This document shows positions 45,401 to 54,640 of a DNA stretch of 56,193 nt, one piece after another (within the stretch, counting starts at the first letter, position 1; each line of letters opens with the position of its first letter). The translations under genes were made by a program, and so were the position numbers. This stretch comes from a virus. Lineage: Duplodnaviria > Caudoviricetes. The stretch lies in IMG/VR virus record IMGVR_UViG_3300033513_000007, positions 1-56,193 of that record, one strand, 5' to 3'. The notes below the pieces were generated by a model. The model saw only the letters and a list, made by a program, of their open reading frames with translations, made no database searches and was not told where the DNA came from.

Positions 45401-46188
45401 GGGATAGCATACCCCAAAGCCTGCGGGGCGGTCTTGCCCTTGTCCTTCGCCTCGAAGTAGGACTGCGCCCCCTGTTGCAAACCAAACAACCCGGCTATCG
45501 CTTGTGTGGCAAATGCAACACTCTTCGTGAGCGCGAGTTCCGCCCCAAGGGGGAGCATGGCGGTAGCCAACCCCGCAGATCGGGCGCCGGCATACACGCC
45601 CGCCTCAAGGTCGCTAGTAGGCGTCGGGGCGATGTCCGTCATGGCCTGTCGCGCCCGCGCCGCATATCCGCGCGAGGCGTTTGCCGTGCGCTGAAGCGTT
45701 TTGAATATCCGATTTTCAGGCAACCCCGGAACCGATTGAGACAGCCACGCCGCGACATCGAACGGCAGCGCCGCCGCTTCAAACTCGAATGCGCCCATTT
45801 CCGCCGTGAAGCCAAGGGCATAGTTCGCTATCGTGCCCCCAAGAGCTTTCAGCCCTTTCTCCATCGCGGAGAGATTCGGCACATCGTTGCGAGCGATCCC
45901 GGCCTTCACCGGGTCGAGCAGAAAGTCGGCGGTCTTCGGGGATGTCGTGACCAACCCGGTGAAGTCGGTGCCCTGCAACGCCCGGTGCCGCGCCGCCTCT
46001 TCAGGATCGGCATGCAGCGATTGAATCGGGATCATCGTCGCCTGTGACAGTGCGATGTCCTTGGCAAACTGTTCTGGTGCTGTGCTAGCGGTATTAGCGA
46101 AATTGTTGCGCAGCGTTGCCGCCTTGAACTCTTGCTCTTGCTTCAGGAAGTCATCGATGCTTGACTGAAGATCGTTGTTGTCGGGCAT
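39406..46188 (-). CDS. Large internal virion (ejection) protein, polyvalent: HD-GYP-like domain, SAM-lyase-like domain, HExxH region
   Basis: 2,260 aa at the T7 gp16-equivalent position; HDIGK...HP..G...HH.....GYP...VAD; WSILTAENP...GKY...E...FNQESVL; FMHETGH. Confidence 0.85.
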   Translation of the reverse strand: MPDNNDLQSSIDDFLKQEQEFKAATLRNNFANTASTAPEQFAKDIALSQATMIPIQSLHADPEEAARHRALQGTDFTGLVTTSPKTADFLLDPVKAGIARNDVPNLSAMEKGLKALGGTIANYALGFTAEMGAFEFEAAALPFDVAAWLSQSVPGLPENRIFKTLQRTANASRGYAARARQAMTDIAPTPTSDLEAGVYAGARSAGLATAMLPLGAELALTKSVAFATQAIAGLFGLQQGAQSYFEAKDKGKTAPQALGYAIPQAAFEYAFEVGPAGAIAGKIANNGPLKAFLWNFLKKELVGEELTTLSQNFNTWAQLNPEKPFKDFLMEQPSAMRQTFVATLVGGSLQAGVIHGAQKLAGQASTESAQAQTNADTLTSLFETATESLKHAPETLKEFFQSVAPDQTVTIDPEILKTALGKAGLDIKEVLPTAAAQLERGPMPGIGIEVPVGELLQGLGGTGVEQTIVENLRIAPDSPTLAETKAAGDKASAFFQEEAGRVLEEQASNEKFIAETKAVQTDIYDQLQRVGKAGPQANQSYAKLISSFFAVASERLGTTPLGLMNGWTDATGQQHRGYHLNVQGPQGVPLNKANILYYRQLANKVLGIEQGATDAGTVIHEHTTAALANELAKELGVPSQNRVEIALAALVHDIGKGTLPEGLLTADRALTPEERVQVQTHPEAGASALLQAGIPQKIAEIVRDHHRELGGGYPTTDAYLSFSAQVLHVADVAASVGSQDAGHRYIHDASLAKARAILASGNYNKEIVAAFNKLADEHRLPAAFNQKSGAVLHQGIPVATKATFTRTGIKDVLGASQWSILTAENPMGVQGTQEENAKANSDLSARLDQLGLEHFQIKGKYGNIENPYVTLGVTPEQALALGKEFNQESVLTRQGLVYQDGSVTPATGVTVHATEPSDFYSTLPDGTHFTIDLNFDAPRAQLDVGIDSSEFGQTDNLPVPFTPTAENIASFNPETLDLRLLANANLSSFMHETGHFFLMVYGDIAASETAPKVIVDDMNALLKWFGVPDMAAWNALPLNEKKPYHEKFAESFEQYLFSNKAPSTELEPLYRRFASFLKRVYGSLKDFVASHTGATLTPEVAAVMDRMLATDEAIATAAETRNYTALFQNAVEAGMDEAKFVEYTELTREQRDDAEAMLRTRSLRDMKWMRNSYDKTIKELQADARAKRAEIKAEVTKELAASPVYKASRFLRSGELVDVEGNVVKQENHKLQISDVQAMYPDEAASVWKTLGYGNTGLLAKEGLHPDMVASMLGFRSGEDMIAQLISAPKLSEEIETQTDLRMLDQYGDLNSPEVIAKAADEAIHNDAHSRLLATELAALNNKIGAPSVLLKAAKEFARQRIAHKTIKTLKPMQYAAAEVRANKAAQAALRKGERDEAAAQKRTALINQVSTKEAYKTEKELHRIFDRLHAIASYKEDSSAIKSRDAELVATTRAILAEFDIGTKGKRAQEYLEVVKRMDPELAASLTDVIIGLSNSAKNWQNLSVADARTLAEEIEGIWFLAKRAHQIEIGGKLMSLQDAQNELYARIEQLGIPTSIPGESQAVTETERRKMKFDRFVGTLTRMENWTDAKDGGSTGPFRKFMWSPISEAATKYRFDKARYLRAYKELLKTVEPTLTRQLIDAKELGYTFGAGDGGMGKAELLHALLHTGNESNLRKLLLGRHWATENADGTLDTTKWDSFITRMQDRKILTKADYDFVQGVWNLMEAMKPAAQKAHHEVFGKYFAEVTAKEFTTPFGTYAGGYVPAITDPLIVRDADLRALAEEEQNNMSYAFPAPARGFTKGRVESYTRPLKLDLRSLSQHIDKALLFTHMAQPVNDVRRLMRGKTVSQALHRQDPQAFNTMIVPWLNRAAHQIVETQTPGKEGLGRFWTAVRKNAGMSAMFGNVANALQQIMTSPFTAMVKVRPAMLVDAFAKYAMSPRDFTKYVTDKSVYMNNRMTNEAMSMTEDINDILLNPSTYQNTKNWLVKHSYFLQTAADNIMSGPVWLAAYNQSIEGKLSEEEAVRFADSTVRETQGSWAPEDIASFESGTPFYRMFVQFAGYFNMIANLLGNEYVQITRDMGVRKGVGRGLYVFMIGYFLPAVFGELAIQLMHGGPPDDDGDGEYLDDWLRDLFVLAPLRYGVAMVPGFGPVANAGLNMLNNQPYDDRISTSPAISMVESSLRAPQSVYNAVAGEGKPSRAVKDVATLISMTTGVPASALARPISYAADISGGRVEPTGPIDVARGVATGFASPESKH

Positions 46189-48533
46189 TATTTCATTCCC
46201 ATTTGGAGTTGCTTGTAGAGCGTGAGGACTTGCACGTCAGTCGGATCGGTTACGCCGCCCGCCTTGAGTTTCGCCTTGAGCGAATCCCTGTCTGCCGAGG
46301 GAACGTCGGAGTATTGCATCGACATTATATTCAGTGCATGCTTGCCGCTTCCCGGTGCCCATGACGGCAGGGTAATACCGAAGAAGGTATTCTGCAAGAT
46401 GGTGTTGTGGGAGAACGTATCATTCACCAACTTGATGACCTCGACATCCGTGAGCTTGCGGCCAATCTGCTTCTGCCGTTCAAGAACGGCTTGATCGAGA
46501 ATCGCCCGCGCCGAATTGACCCGCATTCTTCCCTTCGGGTCTTTATCCCCCGGATTCGAGTCAATGTTTAGCATATTCAGACGAGCATCCAGCGCCGCCT
46601 TCACGGACCCAGCATCCATGCCTTCGGATTCCTTGACGTTGCCGCCCAGCAGTGACGACCGTTGCTTGTCGAAACGGTCCCAGTCATATGCCGACAGTTG
46701 CGTCTTCATCGGGCCAACCCATGCCGCATTGGGCACACGAGCTAAATAGTTCGGGTCGGAATTGATTTGCATCAGCAGCCCTTGATTGCTGTCGCGCGGG
46801 GCACCGCTGATATGTTCGTCGAATACCTTGCGCATCTTGTCCTGCTCGACCACCGGCAGCTTCGAGAGTTCGGAGACGGGCAACTCTTGGTAGGATTTGC
46901 CTTGGGCCATGTAGCCGTACAGTGTTTCCTGTGTCTTCTCGACTTCGCTCTTGCGCGCGTCCTTCATCAAGTCGATGGAATGCTCCACCTGTTTGGCGGC
47001 TTCGGCAGCAAGGTCAGGACGACCAGCAAAACGCACGGCCATTGACGATTCAATTTCTTGCTTCGACGGAGCGACCATATCGGGTTGCGCTTTGACCGCC
47101 GCCAAGACTCTCGACACATAGGGCTTCGTCTCTCGGGGCTTCGGCAGGAAGTCAAGGAAAGAAAGCGGGCCATCCCTCTCGGGGCTGTAACCCCCCGGCA
47201 ACACGGGCTTGCCCCCGGCTGCAAGCACTTCCATTGCCTTGGCATACTTCTTCTTAGCCTCGATGACGTTGCCTTCGCCCGCGTTGTACGCCGCCGCAAT
47301 TTCGGGCGCCGAAGAGAACATCTTCATGAGGCGGGCCAGATGCGCCTGTTGAAGTGCGTCGTGGTATTGCTGGCCTTCAGGAGTGGCGCTGAAGAACAGT
47401 TTCTCGTCCCACGGAATACCGGCCTCGGCAGCATCCTGCTTCGCGGAGTCGGGCATGAGTTGATGGGTGCCCACAGCACGTTGCCCCTTGTTCGGTCCCG
47501 ACGTAATGAAGGGACCGCGAATATTCACGCCGGCACCGGACTTGTCCTTCGCCCGCGCGGCACCGACTTCGCCCACATCGAGTGCGCCACCGAGGATCAC
47601 GCTGGACAACTTGCCCACCACGGTCTGCTTCGGATAGACCGAATCGGTGAGGTACGATGCCGCGCCGTTCTGCGCCGCCTGCGCGTCTTCACGCTTCGCC
47701 AGTTGCTCCGCGATGATGAGTTTCTTGTCAGGGTCGATAGTAAGCTGGTTCTCGTTGAAGATTTCCTTCGCGCGGCGAAGATCGCGGTTGTCGAGAGCGG
47801 AAGCGATCGATCCAACCAGCATAGGCGACATTGCCTTGCGGCGAAGCGCCATGATCGCGTTCTGCCCTTCGGGCGTGTCGCTCGTGAGGCCCGCTTCCTG
47901 CGCCTGCTGCATGACTTGCTGGTCAATCAGCATTTGCTGTTCGGTCATCTTGCCGGGATCGTTCCAGAAGGACGTGCCGAGAGACGTGAGCGTATCGATG
48001 TTGCCTTGGCGCACGATGCCCTTGAACTTCTCCGTCTCCCCCATCGAATGCCGCAGGATGTCCGATTGAAGCCCGAAGATTTCATGATCTGCGTGGGGCT
48101 TCAGCATCGCCTGTTGGGCCGGCGACAGATTCGCCATGATGCCCGTCACCTTCGTATTGAGTTGGTCTTTGTACCCGCTCATGTACGTCGGACTCAGGAC
48201 ATTGCCGCCCGTGATCTTGTACGCGCCAGTATCCCCCATCGTCAGGTCGAGACGTGCTTGCCTGATCTGGTTCAAGGCATCTTGCGCCTTGAGTGTATCC
48301 AGCTTGTCCTGCTCCTGCTTGCGCAAGGCTTCCATCTTGGCCGTGCGCTGCTCGATGGTATCGAAGAACATTTTCCCAGCTTGCTGTAGCGCTTCGCCGG
48401 TATAGACATCGGGCCGAACTTCGGTAGGAGTTTGCCGCGTGGTGTGCTGCATGGCGACCGGCACATCCACAACCCCGCGAGACGCGCGGGGGATGCTGAC
48501 ACCATAGTCTTCGGGGGCGGGTAAGCGAGCCAT
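46188..48533 (-). CDS. Internal virion (ejection) protein with lytic-transglycosylase-like domain
   Basis: AVG..QLMP, AAAYNAGEGNV, ETKPYV SLT motifs. Confidence 0.8.
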   Translation of the reverse strand: MARLPAPEDYGVSIPRASRGVVDVPVAMQHTTRQTPTEVRPDVYTGEALQQAGKMFFDTIEQRTAKMEALRKQEQDKLDTLKAQDALNQIRQARLDLTMGDTGAYKITGGNVLSPTYMSGYKDQLNTKVTGIMANLSPAQQAMLKPHADHEIFGLQSDILRHSMGETEKFKGIVRQGNIDTLTSLGTSFWNDPGKMTEQQMLIDQQVMQQAQEAGLTSDTPEGQNAIMALRRKAMSPMLVGSIASALDNRDLRRAKEIFNENQLTIDPDKKLIIAEQLAKREDAQAAQNGAASYLTDSVYPKQTVVGKLSSVILGGALDVGEVGAARAKDKSGAGVNIRGPFITSGPNKGQRAVGTHQLMPDSAKQDAAEAGIPWDEKLFFSATPEGQQYHDALQQAHLARLMKMFSSAPEIAAAYNAGEGNVIEAKKKYAKAMEVLAAGGKPVLPGGYSPERDGPLSFLDFLPKPRETKPYVSRVLAAVKAQPDMVAPSKQEIESSMAVRFAGRPDLAAEAAKQVEHSIDLMKDARKSEVEKTQETLYGYMAQGKSYQELPVSELSKLPVVEQDKMRKVFDEHISGAPRDSNQGLLMQINSDPNYLARVPNAAWVGPMKTQLSAYDWDRFDKQRSSLLGGNVKESEGMDAGSVKAALDARLNMLNIDSNPGDKDPKGRMRVNSARAILDQAVLERQKQIGRKLTDVEVIKLVNDTFSHNTILQNTFFGITLPSWAPGSGKHALNIMSMQYSDVPSADRDSLKAKLKAGGVTDPTDVQVLTLYKQLQMGMK

Positions 48534-48536
48534 CGT

Positions 48537-49256
48537 TTAGCCCTTCTCAATGTAGTACGTGGATTCCTTCCCGTACGGGTCATAGGGGGCGAGTCGAGAG
48601 AACATCGTGCCCGCTGTAGCCGCGCCGCCAATGAGGGTCGCGCTGGCACGGTTAGACGCATCGGCTATAGCCGCCGCGCTCTGGTTGCCGGCTGTGATCC
48701 TCTCGATGTTGCCGGTGTTGTACGCTTCCGTCTTCATGATGTTGCCCTTGCTCAAGGCGTCGTAAAGCGCGATGTCTCCCTGATACCTCAACCCCTTGGC
48801 TCGTTCGGTGCCCGCGTACATGGAGTACCCGGCTTGGGTTTCGCCTTGGTTCAGAATCCCCGACATCAGGGACTCCGACAAAGCCCCGCCGCCCGAGGAT
48901 GCGGCAACGGCCTGCGCCCGCGAGAGCATCAACATCGCCTTGTGGCGATCTTCCACCGCTTGTCTTTGCGACAGCGCCTCTTCCTGCCCTGCTTGGTATT
49001 CCAGTTGCTTCTTGTTCGCCTCGGCAGAGGTCCGCATCGCATCGGCGTTGGCCTGCGCGATAGCATTTGCATTCGCGGCGTTGGCATTCGCAACAGCCTG
49101 TGCGTTGGCTGCGTTGGTGGCAGCGGCCTGCTCCATCGCATCGGCTTGACTGCCTGCGCCCGCGAGCGTCAGCACAGTGCTGCCAACCGCAAGGGCCGTG
49201 CCCATTGTGGTGGCAAAGGCCGTTCCCGTGAAGATAGGTGCTGCTAAGAATGCCAT
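48537..49256 (-). CDS. Internal virion protein (gp14-like)
   Basis: Hydrophobic Gly/Ala ends with Ala/Gln/Asn-rich helices; synteny. Confidence 0.7.
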   Translation of the reverse strand: MAFLAAPIFTGTAFATTMGTALAVGSTVLTLAGAGSQADAMEQAAATNAANAQAVANANAANANAIAQANADAMRTSAEANKKQLEYQAGQEEALSQRQAVEDRHKAMLMLSRAQAVAASSGGGALSESLMSGILNQGETQAGYSMYAGTERAKGLRYQGDIALYDALSKGNIMKTEAYNTGNIERITAGNQSAAAIADASNRASATLIGGAATAGTMFSRLAPYDPYGKESTYYIEKG

Positions 49257-49627
49257 GATGGTTCCCTCTTAAATACTTCCCCCGCGTCTCCGAACATGCC
49301 GGTCGGTTTCCACCCCAATTTCACCAACAAATACATGGCGGTCGGTTCATTTCTGTTTGGTACTGCGTATGACGGGCGGTTGAATGAGTCGAGCAGGGTG
49401 AGCATAAGCCTACACCCTTTCAGAATACCCTTCTTTTCCTTCTTGCCTTCCGGGGCTATCTCACTGAAAGCAATGAGTCTTCCGCCCTCGTAATAGACAC
49501 CGAATATGCCAAGTAGAGCCCCATCTTTCTCCCCGGCGTACCCTTGGACCGTACAGGCCAGCGACTTACCGTAAAGAGTAAGAACGTCGTCTTGAGTCAG
49601 GTGCCGGAAGGTCACGCTACTTGTCAT
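49244..49627 (-). CDS. GNAT-like virion assembly protein (T7 gp13-like)
   Basis: LL..LGW motif; lies between nozzle and ejection genes. Confidence 0.55.
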   Translation of the reverse strand: MTSSVTFRHLTQDDVLTLYGKSLACTVQGYAGEKDGALLGIFGVYYEGGRLIAFSEIAPEGKKEKKGILKGCRLMLTLLDSFNRPSYAVPNRNEPTAMYLLVKLGWKPTGMFGDAGEVFKREPSWHS

Positions 49628-52277
49628 GACCTGTCACCGAAAGAATCGCAGCCAACACCGTACAAGGGCGAGGACTCGCGGCCGATAGACACAGCCGCGC
49701 ATTGTTGCTCCACTCCCCATCCACTTCGATGCTGTCTGCGCGATACGAAGTCCAGATCGAATCGGGATCGACTTCTCCGCCTTCGTCATCCACCAGCGGC
49801 ATGGGTTCCAGTTGCGTGGGGGTCATACCGAATTGAATGCCTTGGGCGTGCGTGTCCGCGAGGACAAGGCCAATGTGATGTACTTGCTGCCGCTGGCTCA
49901 GTAGCACTTGGCTGGCATCTGCAAGGACCGCGCTCGTGAAGGGGGCCGTGTATGCCAGCCCAATGTACGCAAGCGTCACGGCTTCCGTCAGAGTGATCGT
50001 GCCCCCGGCAGAGACGGTGTAGGTGCCCAAGTCCTTACCGTTGCCCCACACCACCACTTCCTTCAACGCCAGCGCGGACAGGCCCGTTACCGCCGTCGTA
50101 GCAGGATCGGCTGTAAAGGTGATCGTGCAATCCGACAGGATCGTGGTCGTCGCGCCGTGCGCTTCGCTCTCAAGCGCCCACTTTTCGAGGTAGCGTTTCG
50201 TAGAGCCGTTGATGGTTCTCTTGACCAGATAATACACAACATCTTCGCCCGAACCGGGAAGGACAACGGCATCTTCGACAAGACCGTCGGTTTCGTACAT
50301 CGTCCAGCATGTGACCTTCTCAAGACGGTCATGCACCATGATCGCAACCTTGCCGTCCGCGCGGATGCAATGGATGCGGGTGTCGGGGGTGCGCTGCACA
50401 GCGATACGCACGATGCCACCTTCGCCTACTTCGGGCACGATGGCCGATAGGTCTTCCGCCGAATAGTTCAGGCTGTACGGGTCCATAAGCAGTTCATACA
50501 CACGGGCGCCGCCGCGCTGCACGAACACACCGCCGCCGTCGATCTTCACCGCCTTGGTGGCCGCGGACCCCAGCGTCGAGGACGCCTTCATGCTGAACGC
50601 CGTGGGCGTCAGCGGCTCATCCAGCGAACTCGCCTTGGCCGTCAGTTCCGCGCTCTGCGCGCCGACGATCAAGGACGTGAGGGATAGCAGCCAGTTGATT
50701 TTATCCACCGGCCCCGATCCGATGCTACGGGTGATTGGGCCGGAATCGCCTTCGACGGTATCGTCATAGCTGGTGAAGGCGTCCGATACGGACCCGGCGA
50801 TCAAGTCCTTACCGGCCCACCATAGTCTGCCGTCATGGAACGACACAGAGGATGGATAGCCACGCCGAGGCGACCACTCGCCTTCCCACCACGTATCGGT
50901 GGCGGTCGTGCTACCGAAGTCCTTCAGGACATCGACACTTACCGACGTGGCGCTTGTGTATCCCGTCACGACGCAGATGCCTTCGATAGAACCCGCCGCA
51001 TACGACAGGTTTGCGCTGATGGTACCGGAAGTGAAATTACCTACCTTCACGCCCAAGCGGTAATAGACGATCTGGTTATCGAGCGTGTCGTCAAAGGTCT
51101 TCGACTGATTGACGGTGTAGCTCTCCACATCTGTCCAGTCGCCAATGTCGCCCACGGAGCGTTGCAAGGTAAGCGTGGCAACCCAAGTGCCCGTCGTAGT
51201 GATCGAGAAGAGGCGCCCACTATCGATACCCGTCACGCGAATGGGATCGGAATACGTGTCTTCGTTCGTGATGGATTTCGTCACGTTCTGCCCGCTCGAA
51301 GAGAGGCGGTAGAGCGATCCTACGTTCGTGGATTTGAATGTGGGCTTCGAGGCCGTGAGAGTTGTGCTGCCCGTCAGCGCCCCGGCCGTCAATGTCGTGA
51401 GCGACAGGTTCATGAAGCGGAAAGGGCCATCTTCGGCCACGTAATCCACCACGGACCACGAGCGCGTGGCCTGTCGTTCGATGCGTTGCTGACGATACCC
51501 ATAGCATGCGCAGAAGAGAACGTCGCCGGATTGGTCAGAGCGCACGTCGCTTATGGATGCAGCAGGCCAAATCGTCGTCAGTGAGACGATGCCGGCGCCT
51601 TCGACATTGACATAATCGACGAGCGTGGCCGTCGTGTCGCTCGCGGATAGCCGGATGTAGAAATCTCCGGTCGGAGTGAAAGCGATGGAGTGCACGCCTT
51701 TGGCGAGCGTCATCGTATCGATGTAGTCGATGCCCCCCAGCGTCGAACCAACACGCAAGGTAAGCGAACCTCGCACGACGGAGATTGATAGCCCATGTTC
51801 CTTGTCGCGGTCGCCCACTGCAACCGTCACTTGCTGATCGCGTATCGCGGAGGCCGTGCCGTTTCCGACAAGGGACATATACCCCGCCGCCGTCCAGAGA
51901 GATTCCCCACCGGCCTCGTCGTTGTCCTGCCAGTATGTCAAATCACTGGCGAAGTTTCCGTTCGTCGTCACCGTGCTTACGGCTACGCGCGTGAGCGGCA
52001 CATCATTGATGAGAACGCGCATGCGATAGTCCGTCAATTCCAACAGCGCTGTGTCGGTGACGGAGAACACAAAGGGAAGATACACCGCCGCTAGATCATT
52101 GTACGTCTCTTCGATCTTGCGCGTACCGGGGCGCAGCATCATCGCGCCCAACACTCTCGGCATCCAGTTCGTCATGACCTCGGCCGACAGCGCCATGCGC
52201 TTCAGATCGACACGGGCCGTGGCAAGCGGAGACACCAATCCCCGGTTAAAGGCCAGTAGAACCGGGCGTGTTTCCAT
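49617..52277 (-). CDS. Tail tubular protein B (nozzle)
   Basis: FN.G.VSP....R.DL; RPGT; GYPS.V.F..GRLW; IGL.YT; P.PCTVLA. Confidence 0.88.
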   Translation of the reverse strand: METRPVLLAFNRGLVSPLATARVDLKRMALSAEVMTNWMPRVLGAMMLRPGTRKIEETYNDLAAVYLPFVFSVTDTALLELTDYRMRVLINDVPLTRVAVSTVTTNGNFASDLTYWQDNDEAGGESLWTAAGYMSLVGNGTASAIRDQQVTVAVGDRDKEHGLSISVVRGSLTLRVGSTLGGIDYIDTMTLAKGVHSIAFTPTGDFYIRLSASDTTATLVDYVNVEGAGIVSLTTIWPAASISDVRSDQSGDVLFCACYGYRQQRIERQATRSWSVVDYVAEDGPFRFMNLSLTTLTAGALTGSTTLTASKPTFKSTNVGSLYRLSSSGQNVTKSITNEDTYSDPIRVTGIDSGRLFSITTTGTWVATLTLQRSVGDIGDWTDVESYTVNQSKTFDDTLDNQIVYYRLGVKVGNFTSGTISANLSYAAGSIEGICVVTGYTSATSVSVDVLKDFGSTTATDTWWEGEWSPRRGYPSSVSFHDGRLWWAGKDLIAGSVSDAFTSYDDTVEGDSGPITRSIGSGPVDKINWLLSLTSLIVGAQSAELTAKASSLDEPLTPTAFSMKASSTLGSAATKAVKIDGGGVFVQRGGARVYELLMDPYSLNYSAEDLSAIVPEVGEGGIVRIAVQRTPDTRIHCIRADGKVAIMVHDRLEKVTCWTMYETDGLVEDAVVLPGSGEDVVYYLVKRTINGSTKRYLEKWALESEAHGATTTILSDCTITFTADPATTAVTGLSALALKEVVVWGNGKDLGTYTVSAGGTITLTEAVTLAYIGLAYTAPFTSAVLADASQVLLSQRQQVHHIGLVLADTHAQGIQFGMTPTQLEPMPLVDDEGGEVDPDSIWTSYRADSIEVDGEWSNNARLCLSAASPRPCTVLAAILSVTGHDK

Positions 52278-52281
52278 GTGC

Positions 52282-52926
52282 TTACCCTATGAGTTGAGTA
52301 CGGCTACCCCGGTCCTGCCTGCCCGCATCGCTGCCATGCCGCGCACGAGTGAGCCTTCCGGCAGGCGGGAAAACTGTCGGTCCTTCCATCGCATCGCTGG
52401 ACTTAGCCGCGTTGCAAAGGCGATTCATGAGAGAGAACAGGGCTTGCTTATCTTCGTTGCTCTGGTTGAGTTTCTTGCAAATCTTGAACGCCAGATACGC
52501 TTCGACATATTCCACGAAATCGGCGGGCCAGAGAGACAGGTCATTGCCGAAATCGACATGGTTGCTTACGTACCGCATGAAGAGGGGGTCGGTATCCGTG
52601 AAGATGTAGTTCTGTTCCTTGGAGTAGTCCAGCACGGAAACCTTGAAGTATTCATCGCTGCACAACGCCACGGTGCGGACATGATCGACCGGCATTTCGT
52701 AGGCGTTCTGATACCCGAATTCAGACGTGATGCCCGTCTCGGGGATCATTTCGACGCTACGCTGCGCGAACTTCCACTGCCCCACACCCAGCACATAATC
52801 GACCACCCCCCGGTTCCATACGTCGTCAAGGAGTCGTCGCGGAAGACGATCTTCGCTCAGCGATGCGATACTGCGTTCGCCCACGATTTCGAGGGCGCCG
52901 TTGTAGAGGGAGAGGCGGTCGGTCAT
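52282..52926 (-). CDS. Tail tubular protein A (adaptor)
   Basis: N.AL..VGE..I.SL; W.FA; Y.MP.D; LA..I. Confidence 0.85.
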   Translation of the reverse strand: MTDRLSLYNGALEIVGERSIASLSEDRLPRRLLDDVWNRGVVDYVLGVGQWKFAQRSVEMIPETGITSEFGYQNAYEMPVDHVRTVALCSDEYFKVSVLDYSKEQNYIFTDTDPLFMRYVSNHVDFGNDLSLWPADFVEYVEAYLAFKICKKLNQSNEDKQALFSLMNRLCNAAKSSDAMEGPTVFPPAGRLTRARHGSDAGRQDRGSRTQLIG

Positions 52927-52930
52927 GGTT

Positions 52931-53368
52931 TTACGCCAGTGCAGATTCTTGTTCGGCTACGAACTTCTCGGCGTCTTCACGGGCGGTGCCGCCCTCGAAC
53001 ACGACGGTCTTGTCCGACTTCCGCTTGACGCTCCATCCGGCGCGGCCACGGAACATGACCTCGAACTCGGATGCGTCGGGGGCGGCTGCTGCCGGCGCGG
53101 GTTGCTTGTTGAACTCGACGTAGCGCAGGATGGCAACGCGCAGGCCGGTATCGGTCTTGCCACGCACCAGCAGTTCGAGGAACCATTCCCCGCTGCGGGG
53201 AATCACTTCGATGATGGCGCCCAGCTTGACTTCCTTGTCCTTGGCGACGTGTGCCCAGCATTCGGGGGCGAGCAGGTCTTCGGCGGATACCGCAGCATCG
53301 ACCTCGACTCGGTATGCGACCCGCTTGAACTCTGCGGGCACGAAATCTTTTTGCAGGACTTTGAACAT
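52931..53368 (-). CDS. Hypothetical protein
   Basis: AAGGA RBS; lies between capsid and tail genes. Confidence 0.65.
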   Translation of the reverse strand: MFKVLQKDFVPAEFKRVAYRVEVDAAVSAEDLLAPECWAHVAKDKEVKLGAIIEVIPRSGEWFLELLVRGKTDTGLRVAILRYVEFNKQPAPAAAAPDASEFEVMFRGRAGWSVKRKSDKTVVFEGGTAREDAEKFVAEQESALA

Positions 53369-53382
53369 GAGGTTTCCTTGTG

Positions 53383-53419
53383 AAAAACCCTCCTGAGTAA
53401 AAAATACTCAGGAGGGGTT
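53383..53419 (-). terminator. Rho-independent terminator after the capsid genes
   Basis: CCCTCCTGAGTA/TACTCAGGAGGG stem followed by a U-tract on the minus strand. Confidence 0.8.
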
Positions 53420-53437
53420 GCTGCGCTGAAACTACGA

Positions 53438-53734
53438 TTAGTCGGAGTTGGTCGCGGAGCCGATGACAGTGCCATCGCTCAGATCAACCGCGCCGGGGTA
53501 AGTCGTACTGACGGTCACGACTTGGTGCGAGGTCGTGGCGTTGGCCGCGGCCGTCGAGTCCTTGTGCAACACGAGGTCGCCAACCTTCATGCCGAGAGCG
53601 CCGCCGTTGGTGATGAACCCACTGGCATCGACCGCGGCGGTTGCATCCGCCGAAGTGTGGTACCAGATGCTCGGGCCGGCGCCGCCGAGTCCTTGGAGCA
53701 GGAGCCGCGGGGGTGCAGAAGTGGAGTATGCCAT
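53438..53734 (-). CDS. Capsid decoration/cement-like protein
   Basis: 98 aa directly after the capsid gene and before the terminator; D.....V...GF....LGMKVGD. Confidence 0.6.
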   Translation of the reverse strand: MAYSTSAPPRLLLQGLGGAGPSIWYHTSADATAAVDASGFITNGGALGMKVGDLVLHKDSTAAANATTSHQVVTVSTTYPGAVDLSDGTVIGSATNSD

Positions 53735-53758
53735 GATTCTATTTCCTTTCCTTGTCGA

Positions 53759-54589
53759 TTACTGCGCGGCGTAGGCCGAGCCGTCGTGGTTGATGATGAC
53801 GATCCCGGCGTTTTGCAGGAGCTTGGAACCGAGGTACGCCGTGGTGCGGGCGTAGCTGTAGTCCTGTTCCTCGTCATAGCCGACAGCCGTGGCGAGCTTC
53901 TCGGTATTGACGCAGTGGCCGATGGCGTTCTTGTGGTACATGATGCACTTCTCGGCAGCGGTGCCCTTGCCCGAAAGGTTCGGATGGACGATCCAATTGA
54001 CGCCGGCCCAGCGGAACATCGTCAGGTTGGACGAGAACGGCTTGTTGCTGACGTAATCGACGCTGGCGAATTCCTTGGTCTGCATCAGGTAGGCGTATGC
54101 AGCCGGCGTGATGAGGCAAGAAATGTTGCCGTCGATGGGCACGGCGTTGTTGCCGAGGATCGTGACCGCGTACATGGCGAGGTCAAGGCTGAACTTGTCG
54201 GCGACGCCGGTATCCTGCGTGCCATCTTCGAGCGCGTCGATGATGTCGGAGTCGATCTTGCGGTTGATGACGGCCATGCTGTTCATCTGCATGATGCGGC
54301 GACCGTCGCCTTGCGAGGCATAGATGTTGAAGCTGGTCCGACGACGCAGATCATGCCATTCCACGAGGGTCGCGGACGACTGCGTGAGGTTGTCGGCCTT
54401 GGCCGGGATCATACCGTTGGTGCCGCGCGTGACGGCTTCGGCGCCATCCGAGTCTGCGACGAGGAATACAGCGGTGTTGCCCTGAATATCCGTATCGGTC
54501 GTGACGGTGCCACGAACGAGGGACTGACGTTGCTCGAAACCGGCGATGAATTCTTCGCGGTACCGTGTTTGGAAGGCAGTGTCGCCCAT
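53759..54589 (-). CDS. Major capsid protein (BPP-1-like)
   Basis: AF...Y..EF...FEQRQS.VR.TV; INRKID.DII; KEFAS.DYV; W.G..WIVHP.L. Confidence 0.85.
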   Translation of the reverse strand: MGDTAFQTRYREEFIAGFEQRQSLVRGTVTTDTDIQGNTAVFLVADSDGAEAVTRGTNGMIPAKADNLTQSSATLVEWHDLRRRTSFNIYASQGDGRRIMQMNSMAVINRKIDSDIIDALEDGTQDTGVADKFSLDLAMYAVTILGNNAVPIDGNISCLITPAAYAYLMQTKEFASVDYVSNKPFSSNLTMFRWAGVNWIVHPNLSGKGTAAEKCIMYHKNAIGHCVNTEKLATAVGYDEEQDYSYARTTAYLGSKLLQNAGIVIINHDGSAYAAQ

Positions 54590-54640
54590 GATGTGAATCT
54601 CCCAAAAAGGAATGAATGAGTTATCGACTCACTTGCCTAT

